Shown here one piece after another: positions 39,328-52,628 of a DNA stretch of 64,000 nucleotides. A program made the position numbers and the translations under genes. The DNA is from Eledone cirrhosa (lineage: Eukaryota). The notes under the pieces are model-generated. The model saw nothing but the letters and a program-made list of their open reading frames with translations. It had not been told where the DNA came from and searched no databases. The number at the start of each line of letters is the position of its first letter. The first letter of the stretch is position 1. The stretch is taken from the NCBI GenBank assembly GCA_964016885.1, contig OZ024744.1, positions 97,588,001 through 97,652,000 of the forward strand. The letters are read 5' to 3'.

Positions 39328-39574
39328 CTTTGAAGAAAAGAAAATAATATTCACAGTTAAATTGTTATAAAGTAATTAATAAAGCAATACAAATTATTCT
39401 CAGAAAAATAAAACAAGAATAATAATATAAGTGTGTGTTCACATATGTATGTGTGTGTGTGTGTATGTATGAATGTATATATATATATATATATGCTTAT
39501 GTATATATATATATATATATATATGCTTATGTGCGTGCGTGTGTGTGTATATATATATGAATATGTATATTCCA

Positions 39575-39760
39575 CAAATGTCCCTCGGAAGTCTCCCCCC
39601 TATTGGGGAATTTTTCTTTGTTATTTTATTTCAACCTCTGTTTTTTTACACGCAGAAATGCCCATTTGTACCGTCCTGTATTGTCCTGTACTGTCCTTAA
39701 TGTCTACTTTATGTAAACCCTTGTGGTTAATAAAGAAAACATTATTATTATTGCTATTAT
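39575..39760 (+). mobile_element. Tx1/L1 3' UTR remnant
   Basis: ctccccctattgggga..cccttgtggttaataaagaaa resembles 21740-21870. Confidence 0.6.
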
Positions 39761-40006
39761 TATTGTTATTATTATTATTATTATTGTTATTAATGTATGT
39801 GTGTATATGTGTGAGTGTATGTGTATGTATGTGTGTTTGTATATATCTATGTATGTATATATATATATTTCTTTTTTTCTTTTCTTTTTTTTTTTAAATT
39901 TATTTATTATTATTATTATTTTTTTATTTTATTTTTTTAATTTTTTTTTTATTTATTTTTTTTTTTCTCGTGCAATGGCCATACTCGATAACGAGGGGGC
40001 AGCCAT

Positions 40007-40046
<40 letters not shown>

Positions 40047-40500
40047 CATCATCATCATCATCATCATCATCGTTTAACGTCCCTGTTCCACGCTTGCATG
40101 GGTTTGGACGGGGGTTTTCCCACTTGAGGCAAGAGTGGTTGTCTTGCTCGCATAGGACTGTCTGGTGGGTTTTCTACAGCTGGATGCCCTTCCTAACACC
40201 AACCACATTTACAGTGTATACATATACATATATATACATATATGTGTACGCTTGTGTGTGTGTGTGTGTGTGTGCATATACATATTTATATATATATTTA
40301 AAATAGGGGGCACACAGGACAAAGACGGATAGGTCCATCTCCTCAGTCAATCTCTAGAAATCACTCTAGATTCCATTAAAAATATGGTTGGCATTAGGAA
40401 GGGCATCCAGCCATAGAAACCAACCCAGATCTGACTTTTTCTCACAATGGGACAACTTGTTAGCATGTAAAAATACATGTTAAACGGTGATGATGATGAT

Positions 40501-40548
<48 letters not shown>

Positions 40549-40551
<3 letters not shown>

Positions 40552-41720
40552 TGGGAAATGGTCGTGCTCGGTGTGTAGGAAAGGCGTAGGTAGAAACTCC
40601 ATTTTATGTCCTAAATGCAAAGTATGGGTGCATAAAAGATGTAGTGGGATCACAGGTAAGCTAACTAAGAACATAGATTTTACATGTGGCCGGTGTTCTG
40701 GTGCAATAAGTAGCAGCAAGTGCCCACAGAATACTAGCTCTTTCAATTGCGCAGAGGGTTCTATAGAAATATATGCTGATTTTATCGCCGTTACCTGGGC
40801 GATAAAATCAGCAGTGGGGGAGGGTGCTCTGAAAGTACTGTAGCTAGAGTCAGAACTGGTTGGAAAAAGTTCAGAGAGCTTATACCACTATTAGCTGCTA
40901 AAGGGTTCTCCCTAAAAATGAAAGGCAGGTTGTACGATGCCTGCATACGAACAGCAATGTTGCATGGCAGTGAGACCTGGGCATTGTGTGCAGAGGATAT
41001 ATGCAGACTAGAGAGGAATGAAGCTTGCATGCTCCGCTGGATGTATAACAGTAATATACGTGAACGGCAAAGCATAAACGAACTAAGGAAAAAATTAGAG
41101 ATAAGAGGGATCAGATGTTGTTTACTCGAGAGAAGGCTACGTTGGTATGGACACGTGATGCGCATGAAAGTCGATAGCTGTATAACAAAGTGCAGGGCAA
41201 TAAAGATAGACGGTAGCCACGGAATAGGCAGACCTAGAAAAACCTGGGACGAGCTGATAAACTCCGACCTCACACACTTACACCTCTCCAAGACAATGTC
41301 ACTGGACCGAGACCTTTGGCGGTACTCAGTAACAGAGAAGACCCGCCTTGCCAGTAGGCATCTCTAACAAAATACACCCCGTCCCGCCACCACCCCCACC
41401 CCATCCACACCACCCCGTTCTATGTAAAGTTATGTTGGTGCCACACCATCCAGGCCGAAACAAATGAGATTGTGTAGGTGTTACGACAAAAAAACACACA
41501 GTCCACGCTGTAATGTGGCCGTGTAGGCAACACGGTAAAAACCTCCCAGACCCACACTGTAAATGTGGTTGGTGTTAGGAAGGGCATCCAACTGTAGAAA
41601 ACCTGCCAGACAGTCCTATGCGAGCAAGACAATCACTCTTGCCTCAAGTGGGACTACCCCCGTCCAAACCCATGCAAGCGTGGAACACGGACGTTAAACG
41701 TTGATGATGATGATGATGAT
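40549..41720 (+). mobile_element. RTE LINE 3' part, subfamily with a long 3' UTR
   Basis: GKWSCSVCRKGVGRNSILCPKCKVWVHKRCSG, KGRLYDACIRTAMLHGSETW..LRWYGHVMR..GRPRKTW..DRDLWR* (41367). The UTR has 2-3 diverged 48-bp units and a (TGA)n tail. Confidence 0.9.
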
Positions 41721-41737
41721 ATATATATATATATATT

Positions 41738-42074
41738 GTGGAGGCACATGGCTTAGTGGTTCCTTGCAATCGAAAGGTTGTGAGTTCAATTCTCAGACCG
41801 GGTGATGTGTTGTCTCCTTGAGCAAGACACTTTATTTCACATTGCTCCAGTTTACTCAGCTGTAGAAATGAGATGATAGGGACTGGGGTCCATATCATTC
41901 CACTGCAAAGTAGTCATGGAGGTGCCACGGCAAAACAACACCCAGCACTCACTGTAAATGAGGTTGGTGTTAGGAAGGGCATCCAGCTGTAGAAATCAAG
42001 CCAAAACCAGTTCCCGTCCCACCCTTGCAAGCAGGGAAAAGCGGACGTAAAATGATGATGATGATGATGATGAT
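41738..42074 (+). mobile_element. Chimeric SINE (family B head, hairpin, 48-bp unit, RTE tail)
   Basis: Collinear with the copies at 52211, 61193 and 63415. Small deletion in the tRNA-like head. Confidence 0.85.
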
Positions 42075-42159
42075 TATATATTATATATCTTATATATCTT
42101 TTGTTGCATCACCAGTCGGGTCTCTTTGAGCCAATCCCCTGCGAAACACACGTAACTGG

Positions 42160-42520
<361 letters not shown>

Positions 42521-42606
42521 GCAAAAGATCTATTTAAAGTTGTTGGGATACAACAAGTAAATATTTTTATAACTGATATAAAGCACTCGACAAGTATTTG
42601 GAGTAG

Positions 42607-42915
42607 ATATACGATATTAATAAATGGAAACTATATTTATAAAACCATATTTATTTCATTATACATATTTCAGGGATACCAAATTAAATTATGGTATGCC
42701 TTCATCAGACAAAGTACAATATATAACAGTTTTATCCAGATGGCTTCCAAAAATAATGGTCGCATTTTAAAAGGGTACGTCAAAGCTTATTTGTAAAACT
42801 GTTATATATTGTATTTTGTCTGATGAAGGCATACCATAATTTAATTTGGTATCCCTGAAATATGTATAATGAAATAAATATGGTTTTATAAATATAGTTT
42901 CCATTTATTAATATC

Positions 42916-42921
<6 letters not shown>
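42607..42921. mobile_element. PLE-type inverted pLTR pair (~128-bp arms) with intact hammerhead cores
   Basis: 42607-42734 is nearly the exact reverse complement of 42794-42921. Hammerheads at 42652-42716 (-) and 42812-42876 (+). Flanked by (TA)n. Confidence 0.85.
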
Positions 42922-42991
<70 letters not shown>

Positions 42992-43799
42992 GTATATAGT
43001 AGCTGTGAAGCTAAATCTATTTGCTTACTGTGGCAGGCTGGCTAAAATGGTTTCACTCATATTTTACAATTTAATCAATAATTCACCTATACTTTATATA
43101 AATGAGACCAAAAATTGTATTTTATATAAATTTCATTTATAATCATAATTATGATGTTAATATAAATATAGTAAACTATTTCTCTCTCATAATATTGTTT
43201 CTACTTTAGGCACAAGGCCAGCAATTACCCAGTGCATTACTGGTACTTCATAATATTGATAGTCTTTACTTAAGTTCATTGCAAATTTTTACAACAATCT
43301 GAGCAATCTAGGTATTTTCTGCTATAATCATTACAGGATGTTAAGAGATAATACTACACATTTTCACAACAATCTGTCCACTAGTAAAAGTACCATAAAC
43401 ATTTGAATTAACAGAGTCTTTTTAGATATTTGCTGTTTAATCATTATAGAGAATTAACTGGAAATCTAAATTCAGAAAACTTTATAAGTCTTTAGATATT
43501 TTGAAAACTTTGTTAAATGCCAATTTTTCTGTAAAATAGAAAGAAGACAACTAACTTAAAACTATAATAATTTTGATTCACTATTTAATGAGCTAGGACA
43601 TGTGAAAATTGTGTTAAGTAAATTTTTCAATAGTGTATTTTTCAATTAGATGAATATTTGGGTGAAGTTATGGGGAAGAATTAGTTTCAAGTTTTAACAT
43701 AAATGCAAAAATTTATAGAAATACATTTCTTCTATCAAACTTATGTCCTCTGGAATTGTCAAGCATTAAGAATAATGAATGATTATGTAGTTTATGTGA

Positions 43800-44110
43800 A
43801 GATACATGGCATAATGGTTAGAGAGTTGGGCTGACAATCATGAGATTGTGAGTTTGATTCTTGAATCGGATGGTGCATTGTCTCCTTGAACAAGACACTT
43901 TAATTTTTTCACATTGCTTCAGTTTACTCAGATGTAGAAATGAGTTGTAACATCATTGGTGCCAAGTTGTATAGGACTTTCACTTGGACAACATTGTTGG
44001 CATAGAGAGGGGAGACTGGTATGTGTGGATGACTGCTGGTATTTCACAAAACATGTTGCTTGGGCTTGTACCTCAGAGGGGAACTTGTAAGTACAAGACT
44101 CATTATCATT
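43800..44110 (+). mobile_element. CORE-like SINE (family B head, third tail type)
   Basis: Head as in family B, then gtagaaatgagttgtaacatcattggtgccaag, shared with 27995-28165. Confidence 0.65.
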
Positions 44111-45339
44111 CATGACTGATTTACTTATTATGTTGTTTACAAAATGAAAGAAATATAATAGCTTAGTGGATGTGGTTCTTAAACCCTTTGATACCAAAAC
44201 TGCCTTTGGTTCTACAAAACAAAGCCACACATTTTAAATAGTTCCTATTTAAATTAAAATCTTTGAACAAAGTTTTATATAAGAACCATATGAAATAATT
44301 AATAATTTTAGTAAATCTCTCAAAATTCTTAATTAATTGAGATTTCATTAGAAATACAATCTTGAGAGGGTTAATTCTAAGCAACCAGCTGCTTGTGAGA
44401 TTAAAAGTTTGTACGCATTACTGCATTTGCTCAAGGTTAGTAGCAGAGTGGTAGAAATGTGAGAATTTGAGATAAAATTCTTTGTAATATTTTACAAATA
44501 TTCTCAGTTCAAATCTCACCAGGGTTGTTGTAGTCTATCTTCCCAATCTATTAACCCACATCAATAAAATAAGTACCAATAGTTTACTGGTATTCATTGC
44601 TTTATTAATATATTATTTAGTTATGTATATAGGTACAAATGTATTTTTCTTGTATTATTTATTTTGGTGGATTGGCAGAATCGGTAGAGGGTCGGACACC
44701 ATGCTTTGCAGCATAGAGTTACGCCCCTTTGCAGTATGAGTTCAAATTCCGCCATGGTTAACGTTGCATTTCATCCTTACAGGGTTGATGAAATAAAGTA
44801 CCAGTAATACACAGAGATAATTGCTGGCCTTGTGCCAAAAGTAGAAACAGTTATATATTTCAAATCTTTACATTCTAAGTTCAAATCCTGTCAAGGTTAA
44901 TTTTGCATTTCATTCTTCCAAAGACAATAAAATGAAGTTTCCAATCAATTACTGGGGGTAGCACAAAGCCACCAATATTTATCCAAACACTTTAGGGTGG
45001 TGGATTGACAGAATTGGTAGATCATCAGATAAGATACTGCTGTGGTATTTGTTCTGGCTCTTTAAAATTCGGGTTCTTTAACATTCTGAGTTCAAATCTC
45101 GCCCAAGATCAATTTTGCCATTCATCCTTCCAAGGTCAATAAATAACATAAAGTACCAGTTTAACACTGGGGTCAATTTAATCTACTTTCCTTTCTCTTA
45201 AATTGCTCACTTTGGGCCTAATTTTTTTTTTTTTTTCAGCTTTGAATATATATATAATGTTAAGATACAAGTTAGATTTGATATGTATTTGAGGTTTGGT
45301 GATAGTGAGTTTGTTTAGTGGTTTAGAGCACTTTACAAG

Positions 45340-45509
45340 CTCACCCCTGTGGCCTGCACAAAGGTTTTTACAGCGTGAGCATGTTTTGTCCTTGTAATAT
45401 AAAATTTAAAAATTAGTTGTAATGTGCGCAATTAGTTGTCATGTGTGGCACTCAGACAACACATATGTGACCTATGTGGTCCTTGGGGACCCTCAGTTTG
45501 ACATGCCTG
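45340..45509. mobile_element. hAT MITE, same family as 26129-26634, with one 31-bp unit
   Basis: Reverse-complement match including ctcagacaacacatatgtgacctatgtgg and the terminus tttgacatgcctg. Confidence 0.75.
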
Positions 45510-45564
45510 GCTTAGAGTACAGTGTGGACTTAAAGATATGTTGTGGATGCATTTAAATACATCC

Positions 45565-46808
45565 TCATCATCATCATCATCATCATCACCGTTTTACGTT
45601 AATGTTTCCACGCTAGCATGGGTTAGACAGGTTCTCCTGTTTTGTGCAATGCCAGGTCAGGTGATCATGTCTTGCTCATACAGAACTGATTCTGGCTCGA
45701 TTTCTACAGCTGGATGCCCTTCCTAACACCAACCTCATTTACAGTGTGGACTGGGTGCTTTTTGTCATGACACCTTCATGATCACTTTACAGACTGTACT
45801 GGGTGCTTTTTGTCGTGACACCTACATGACCACTTTACAGTGTGTACTGGGTGCTTTTTGTCATGATACCTTCATGACCACTTTACAGTGTGTACTGGGT
45901 GCTTTTTGTCATGACACCTTCATGACCACTTTACAGTGTGTACTGGGTGCTTTTTGTCGTGACACCTACACGAACACTTTACAGTGTGTACTGGGTGCTT
46001 TTTGTCATGACACCTACATGGCCACTTTACAGTCTGTACTGGGTACTTTTTGTCATGACACCTTCATGACCACTTTACAGTGTGTACTGGGTGCTTTTTG
46101 TCATGAACACTTTACAGTGTGAACTGGGTGCTTTTTGTCATGTCACCTACAAGACACTTTACAGTCTGTATTGGGTAATTTTTGTCATGTCACCTACACG
46201 ACCACTTTACAGTGTGGGCTGGGTGTTTTTTGTCATGACACCTACATGAACAATTTACAGTGTGGACTGGGTGCTTTTTGTCATGACACCTACACAACCA
46301 CTTTACAGTGTGGACTGGATGCTTTTTGTCATGCCACCTACACGACCACTTTACAATGTGTATTGGGTGCTTTTTGTCATGACATCTACACGATCACTTT
46401 ACAGTGAGTACTGGGTGCTTTTTGTTGTGACACCTATATGACCACTTTACAGTGTGGACTGGGTGTTTTTTGTCGTAACACCTACATGGCCACTTTGCAG
46501 TGAGTACTGGGTGCTTTCTGTTGTGACACCTACATGACCACTTTACAGTGAGTACTGGGTGCTTTTTGTCGTAAGACCTACATGGCCACTTTGCAGTGAG
46601 TACTGGGTACTTTTTGTTGTGACACCTACACAACCACTTTACAGTGTGGACTGGGTGCTTTTTGTCATGACACCTACACGACCACTTTACAGTGGGAGTG
46701 GCATGGGGGCATACTGTGTATATGCTTCAGCTTTGGCTTCAGCTTGTACCCGTGGGAAGTGGTGTCTTCTGTATTACTGCGTAACACCAGAGGTCTCGGT
46801 CCTGTCTC
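45565..46808 (-). mobile_element. RTE 3' end with an expanded 48-bp array (~20 units) in its UTR
   Basis: Minus strand reads DRDLWCYAVIQKTPLPTGTS*, then the array (46693-45738), then the conserved tail and (TGA)n. Confidence 0.88.
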
Positions 46809-46973
46809 ATATATATAAATGCAATTATAATCAAAAAACCTCATTACAGGTGTACACAATCTCCACCTCAAAATAACATCTGTCGGTGTCTTATCAAGTA
46901 CATGTGTGATTGATGTTCTCTATTACTACAATGGTATTGTTACCTTGCTGTATTAAATTCTCTATTTCAATCT

Positions 46974-47080
46974 GGCGTATATTATATTGAACTCAGGCGA
47001 ATATTATATTGAACTCAGGCGTATATTATATTGAACTCAGGCGTATATTATATTGAACTCAGGAGTATATTATATTGAAC
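46974..47080. repeat. 22-bp tandem repeat x5 at a SINE 5' junction
   Basis: ggcgtatattatattgaactca repeated. Confidence 0.9.
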
Positions 47081-47564
47081 GAGGTTAACTTTGCCTTTCA
47101 TCCTTCCGGGGTCGATAAAATAAAGTACCAGTAATGCATTGGGTAATTGCTGGTCTTGTGCCCAAAGTAGAAACAATTATATTGAACTCAGTTTATGTAA
47201 AGGGATGCACATTGATGCATCATTTTACACCTGTGTATGCACACAGAGACATACAGGCGTACACATTCACAGACACGCACACACACACATACATACACAC
47301 ACACTCTCTCTCTCTCGCTCTCTCTCCCTCCCTCTCTCACACACACACATACACTATCTCTCTCTACCTCCCTCCCTCTCTCTCTCTCACACACACACAC
47401 CCTCTCTCTCCCCTCTCCATCCCTCCCCCTTTCTCCCCCTCTCTCTTTCTATTTCTCTCTCTCTCCTCCCTCTCTCCATCTCCCCCCTCTCTCTTTCTCT
47501 CTCTCTCTATCCCTCTCTCACACGCAGATATACACACTCAAAGACTTACAAGGTTGGGACAATG

Positions 47565-48132
47565 AAGCTGTGAAATCTTGCATGCATTAATTTCAACTCT
47601 TCTTATTAATAACTGCATTGTTTCTTTCCAGGGACTATGTTGAAAAATAAACCTCATTTGGTCATTCCATGAGAGTATCTTGGTCAGACTATGAAGGAGT
47701 GATGCTAGAGCTGTGAAATCTTGCATGCATTAATTTCAACTCTTCTTATTAATAACTGCATTGTTTCTTTCCAGGGACTATGTTGAAAAATAAATCTCAT
47801 TTGGTCATTCCATGAGAGTATCTTGGTCAGTCTATGAAGGAGAGATGCTAGAGCTGTGAAATCTTGTATCTATTAATTTCAACTCTTCTTATTAATAAAT
47901 GTATTGTTTCTTTCCTAAAACAATGATGAAAAATAAATCTCATTTGGTCATTCCATGAGAGTATCTTGGTCAGTCAATGGAGGAATGATGCTAGAGCTGT
48001 GAAATCTTGCATGCATTAATTCCAACTCTTCTTATTAATAACCGCATTGTTTCTTTCCAGAGATTATGTTGAAAAATAAACCTCCTTTGGTCATTCCATG
48101 AGAGTATCTTGGTCAGACTATGAACTTTTCAG
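47565..48132. repeat. 143-bp tandem repeat (~4 units)
   Basis: gatgctagagctgtg at 47701, 47844 and 47987. Same family as 85-502. Confidence 0.9.
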
Positions 48133-48400
48133 CGGACCTTTGTATACAGGTTTCTGTATAGCTTCTGTCACCCAAATTCCACTCAAAAGACATTGATTAA
48201 CCTGTGGCTATAGTAGAAGGCAATTGCTGTTGGTGCTGTGTAGTTGCATACCGTACTTATGAAACCACATACACCATGTACCATATACACATGTGTGTGC
48301 ATGTGAATCTATATGTGTGTGTGTGTGTGGTGTGTGGTGTATATGTATGTGTCTCTGCATATATGTGTATATATGTGTGTGCCTAATTGTGTATACATAC

Positions 48401-48432
<32 letters not shown>

Positions 48433-48698
48433 TTGTGTGCATTGTGTGTGTGTGTATTGTGTGTGTCTGTATTGTGTGTGTGGTGTATATATATGTGTAT
48501 GTGTGTATGCATGCGTGTTTGTGCATTTATGTGGCTATGTGTGTGTATGTGTGCATGTGTATGTATGTGTTTGTATATGTTTGTATATATGTGCATACAT
48601 GTGTATGTGTGTGTATGTGTGTGTATATATGTGTATGTATGTGTATGCGTCTGTGCATATATGTGTATATATGTATGTGCCTATGTGTGTATACATAC

Positions 48699-48732
<34 letters not shown>

Positions 48733-49030
48733 ATTGTGCGTGTCTGTAAATTGTATTGATTGAGGACAGCGACTTTGAAGTTTTACCAATGGTAGATTAT
48801 TCCAACTATTTTGTTAACTTTCCACCTTGGAATATTGGAAGTGATTATCAATAATTCACAACAACCATTAGAAGCTCAATATGTACTGAGTACTTTATTT
48901 AATCAATATCCAATGTATGATCTTTTGATTATTTTGGGGTTATTGTTTTTTCATTAAGGTAGCAATATTATGACAACACTAAATATTTTGTTTCTCATAT
49001 CTTTTCTCATAAAACATTTCTTAAATGGAT

Positions 49031-49845
49031 ATTTGAATTCACAAGTCTCATTTTGTTTTTAGATACCTTTTGCTAAACCATTACAGGATGTTAACCCTTT
49101 AGTGTTCAAACCGGACAAAACCGGCCAAAACTGGCCAGAATTCTCTCACCTCTTTCTGTTGAAACTGGCTATAACTGGTCGCTCAAACTCATGTTAAGGT
49201 ATTGTTCTCAAAATAAATACTTTCAAAATCTCATAGATTCGATATTATGTGAGGTAATTATGTGAGGTAAAGCCTTTACCATGAAAATATAATAGTATAT
49301 ATAGAGGAATGTGAATGCTAAAGGGTTAAACTAGACGTATCTGACCAGAATTCTCTCACCTCCTTCTGTTCAAACCAGCTGTAATTGGCTGCTCATAATG
49401 TTGTTAAGGTATTGTTCTCAAAATAAATAATATCAAATTCTCATAGATTCGATATTATGTGAGATAGTTGTGTAAGATAAAGCCTTTACCACAAAAAACA
49501 ATAGTATATATATAGAGTAATGCAAATGTTAAAGGGTTAAATGCCAAAAAAAGATATTATAGACATTTGAATTGACAAGTCTCATTTTTTTTAGATACCT
49601 TTTGCTAAACCATTACAGGATGTTAACCCTTTAGCACTTAAACCGGCTGCATCCGACCAGAATTCTCTCACTTCTTTCTGTTCAAACCAGCTGTAACTGG
49701 CTGTTCATACTGATGTTAAGGTATTGTTCTCAAAATAAATAACATCAAAATCTCATAGATTCGATATCTTGTGAGATAAAGACTTTACCATGAAAATACA
49801 ATAGTAAATAAATAGTAAATAGTAATGAAGATACTAAAGGGTTAA
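49031..49845. mobile_element. Cluster of three piggyBac-type MITE copies
   Basis: TTAA-CCCTTTAG..AAAGGG-TTAA at 49095-49325 and 49627-49841, with a 5'-truncated copy at 49335-49536. Confidence 0.82.
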
Positions 49846-50599
49846 GAGTTAGATATATATTAGAGCATTTTATGAAATGTATTTTATGAAACAAATGATC
49901 TGAATTCCCATCAAAAGAAAGAAAAAAACTGAAAATAATCTACAACCCACCAAACGTTTGTAATTAGAATGGAGGTTGTAGAAAGTAACATGAAATTTTT
50001 GCATCACATTTCTACATGAATTTACATAAACACAATTTTATAGAGATGATAACACAGAACAGTCCATTTAAGATATCATCATCATCATCATCATTATCAT
50101 TTAATGTCTGTTTTTCTACACTTGCAAGGGTTAGACAAGATAGCGTGTTATGAGACAAGTTAAGTCCAGAAATCCTGTCATGCTCATACGGATCTGCATT
50201 TTGGCTTGATTTCTACAGCTGGATACCCTTCCTATCACCAACCACATTACAGTGTGGAAGCAGTAAAAGAAAATCAAAATCAACCATAAAAATGAGTTTA
50301 TATAAATATGAATTAACATTTCTGTTTGGAATATAAATATTTGTTTCTCTCTTCACATACATCCTAGTGATATTTATGTCTGAATATAACTTAATTGTTG
50401 AACCGTTTGATTTAGAAATTGGAATAAAGTAAATATGAAGTGAATTTATTCTCAATATTGGACATATCATATCTGTGCCGCAAACATTGAGACACTTGTT
50501 CTCTCAATAAAGCCTGCACAATGCACTTTACATTTGAATGGAGTTCCACAAAAGAGGTTGGATGAGTTGGGGCTCTGTTCAGGCATGATGGAAGGTACA

Positions 50600-51140
50600 A
50601 GGCTGAATGAAATACAAGAATTACAGGAGTTGGAGCAGTAATGTGCTAGCTTCAGCATTTGGTAATCAGAAGAAGGAAGGTAGGTGTAAAAGCCAAACTT
50701 ATCTATCTTCAATTCGGGCAATGACCGAAAGAGTACGATTGTGAATACAAGTGGCCCAAATGGAATTCTTCTGATCTCTGAGTTATGCACTCTTTGGAGT
50801 AACGTTACTCAAAAGAGTGCATAACTCAGAGATCAGAGAGTCATTCCAAGTAGAGCCGTTACTTCTTCAAATTGAGAGATCACAACTCTGATACTGTGGG
50901 CATGTGGTTAGAATGTCTTAGGAAATAATCGCTGGACAGACTTTACAGGCAGGCAAAACCAACTGGCAGGAGACCCAGGGGGTAGAGAGCCAAGCAAGAT
51001 GGTTGGATAACATCCATGAGCTTGGCTGGTCACTCTTGGGGATCCGGCTGGGTCAGTTGGAGATGGTTGCTGCTTGAAGGAGTGTTTGAGGACTCTGTTC
51101 CCATGACTCTCTCAGGAATAAGTGGGCGAAGAAGAAGAAG
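50600..51140 (+). mobile_element. Expander/Rex3-like RTE 3' fragment
   Basis: KAKLISIF..QVAQMEF..RVHNSEIRESFQVEPLLLQIERSQL*YCGHVVRM..TGRRPRG..RWLDNIHELGWSLLGI. Confidence 0.72.
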
Positions 51141-51220
51141 CAAATAGTCAAGGACACTTGTAGCAAAGGTAACGGTAGTTTTAGTATTGTTAGCAATAAA
51201 TAGTAATTGGTGGGGTAAAA

Positions 51221-51925
51221 TACACACACAAACACACACACAAACCCACAGAAACACACACACACAAATACAAACACACACACACACATATACACACACG
51301 CAGACACACAGAAACACACACACAAACACACAGAAACACAGACACACAAATACAAACACACACACGCACACATATACACACACAGACACACAGAAACACA
51401 CACAGAAACACACACACACACAAACACAAACACACACACACACATACACACACACAGACACACAGAAACACACACACAAACACACAGAAACACACACACA
51501 AACACAAACACACGCACACACATATACACACACACAGACACACAGAAACACACACACAAACACACAGAAACACACACACAAACACAAACACACGCACACA
51601 CATATACACACACACAGACACGCAGAAATACACACACAAACACACAGAAACACACAAACACAAACGCACACACACACACATATACACACACAGACACACA
51701 TACACAGAGTCACATCACTAAACATACATACATCCCCACAACAAATGTACCGACACCACATGCAGGTAATGTATATTAACTGAACGTACACATGCACACA
51801 CACACATATGCACATACATATACAAACAAACACATACACACACACACACAAACAAAACATACATATAAGCACACAGATACAGACAAACACACACATACAT
51901 ACACAGATACACACATACAAACACT
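51221..51925. repeat. Cryptic (CA)-rich higher-order microsatellite
   Basis: Recurring cacagaaacacacacacaaa and catatacacacacacagaca blocks. Confidence 0.9.
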
Positions 51926-52180
51926 CACTCTAGTACAATTGACTGAGCCATACACTAGATATTTTCAAGTGTTTATTTGATTCGATGTTTGTGATATGTT
52001 AAACTCTGTCCCACATTTATTATGTAAGACTAATGTCACTAGCTCTAAATATTTTAACTTATTGATGACTATTTAACCAATACTTTTGTGGTAGTAGGTC
52101 TTATATTAGATCTGTTGGAATGTGTTAGATTTAACACACATACACACATACACACATACACATACATATATACCATCCTC

Positions 52181-52210
<30 letters not shown>

Positions 52211-52211
<1 letters not shown>

Positions 52212-52603
52212 GGCTTAGTGGTTAGAGCATTGGGCTTGCAATCGAAAGGTTGTGAGTTCAACTCTCAGACCGGCTGATCTGTTGTTTTCTTGAGCAAGAC
52301 ATTTTATTTCACATTGCTCCAGTTTACTCAGCTGTAGAAATGAGATGATAGGGACTGGAGTCCCTATCATTCCACTGCAAAGTGGTTGTGGAGGTGCCAC
52401 GGCAAAAAAGCACCCAGCCCACACTGTAAAGTGGATGTGTAGGCACCCCGGAAAAAAAAAAAAGCACCCAGCACTCACTGTAAATGAGGTTGGTGTTAGG
52501 AAGGGCATCCAGCTGTAGAAATCAAGCCAGAATCAGTTCCCGTCCCACCCTTGCAAGCAGGGAAAAGTGGACGTAAAATGATGATGAATGATGATGATGA
52601 TGA
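52211..52603 (+). mobile_element. Chimeric SINE, copy with two 48-bp units
   Basis: As 61193-61542, but aaaaagcacccag..cactgtaaa occurs twice. Confidence 0.87.
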
Positions 52604-52628
52604 TATATATATATATATATATATATAT

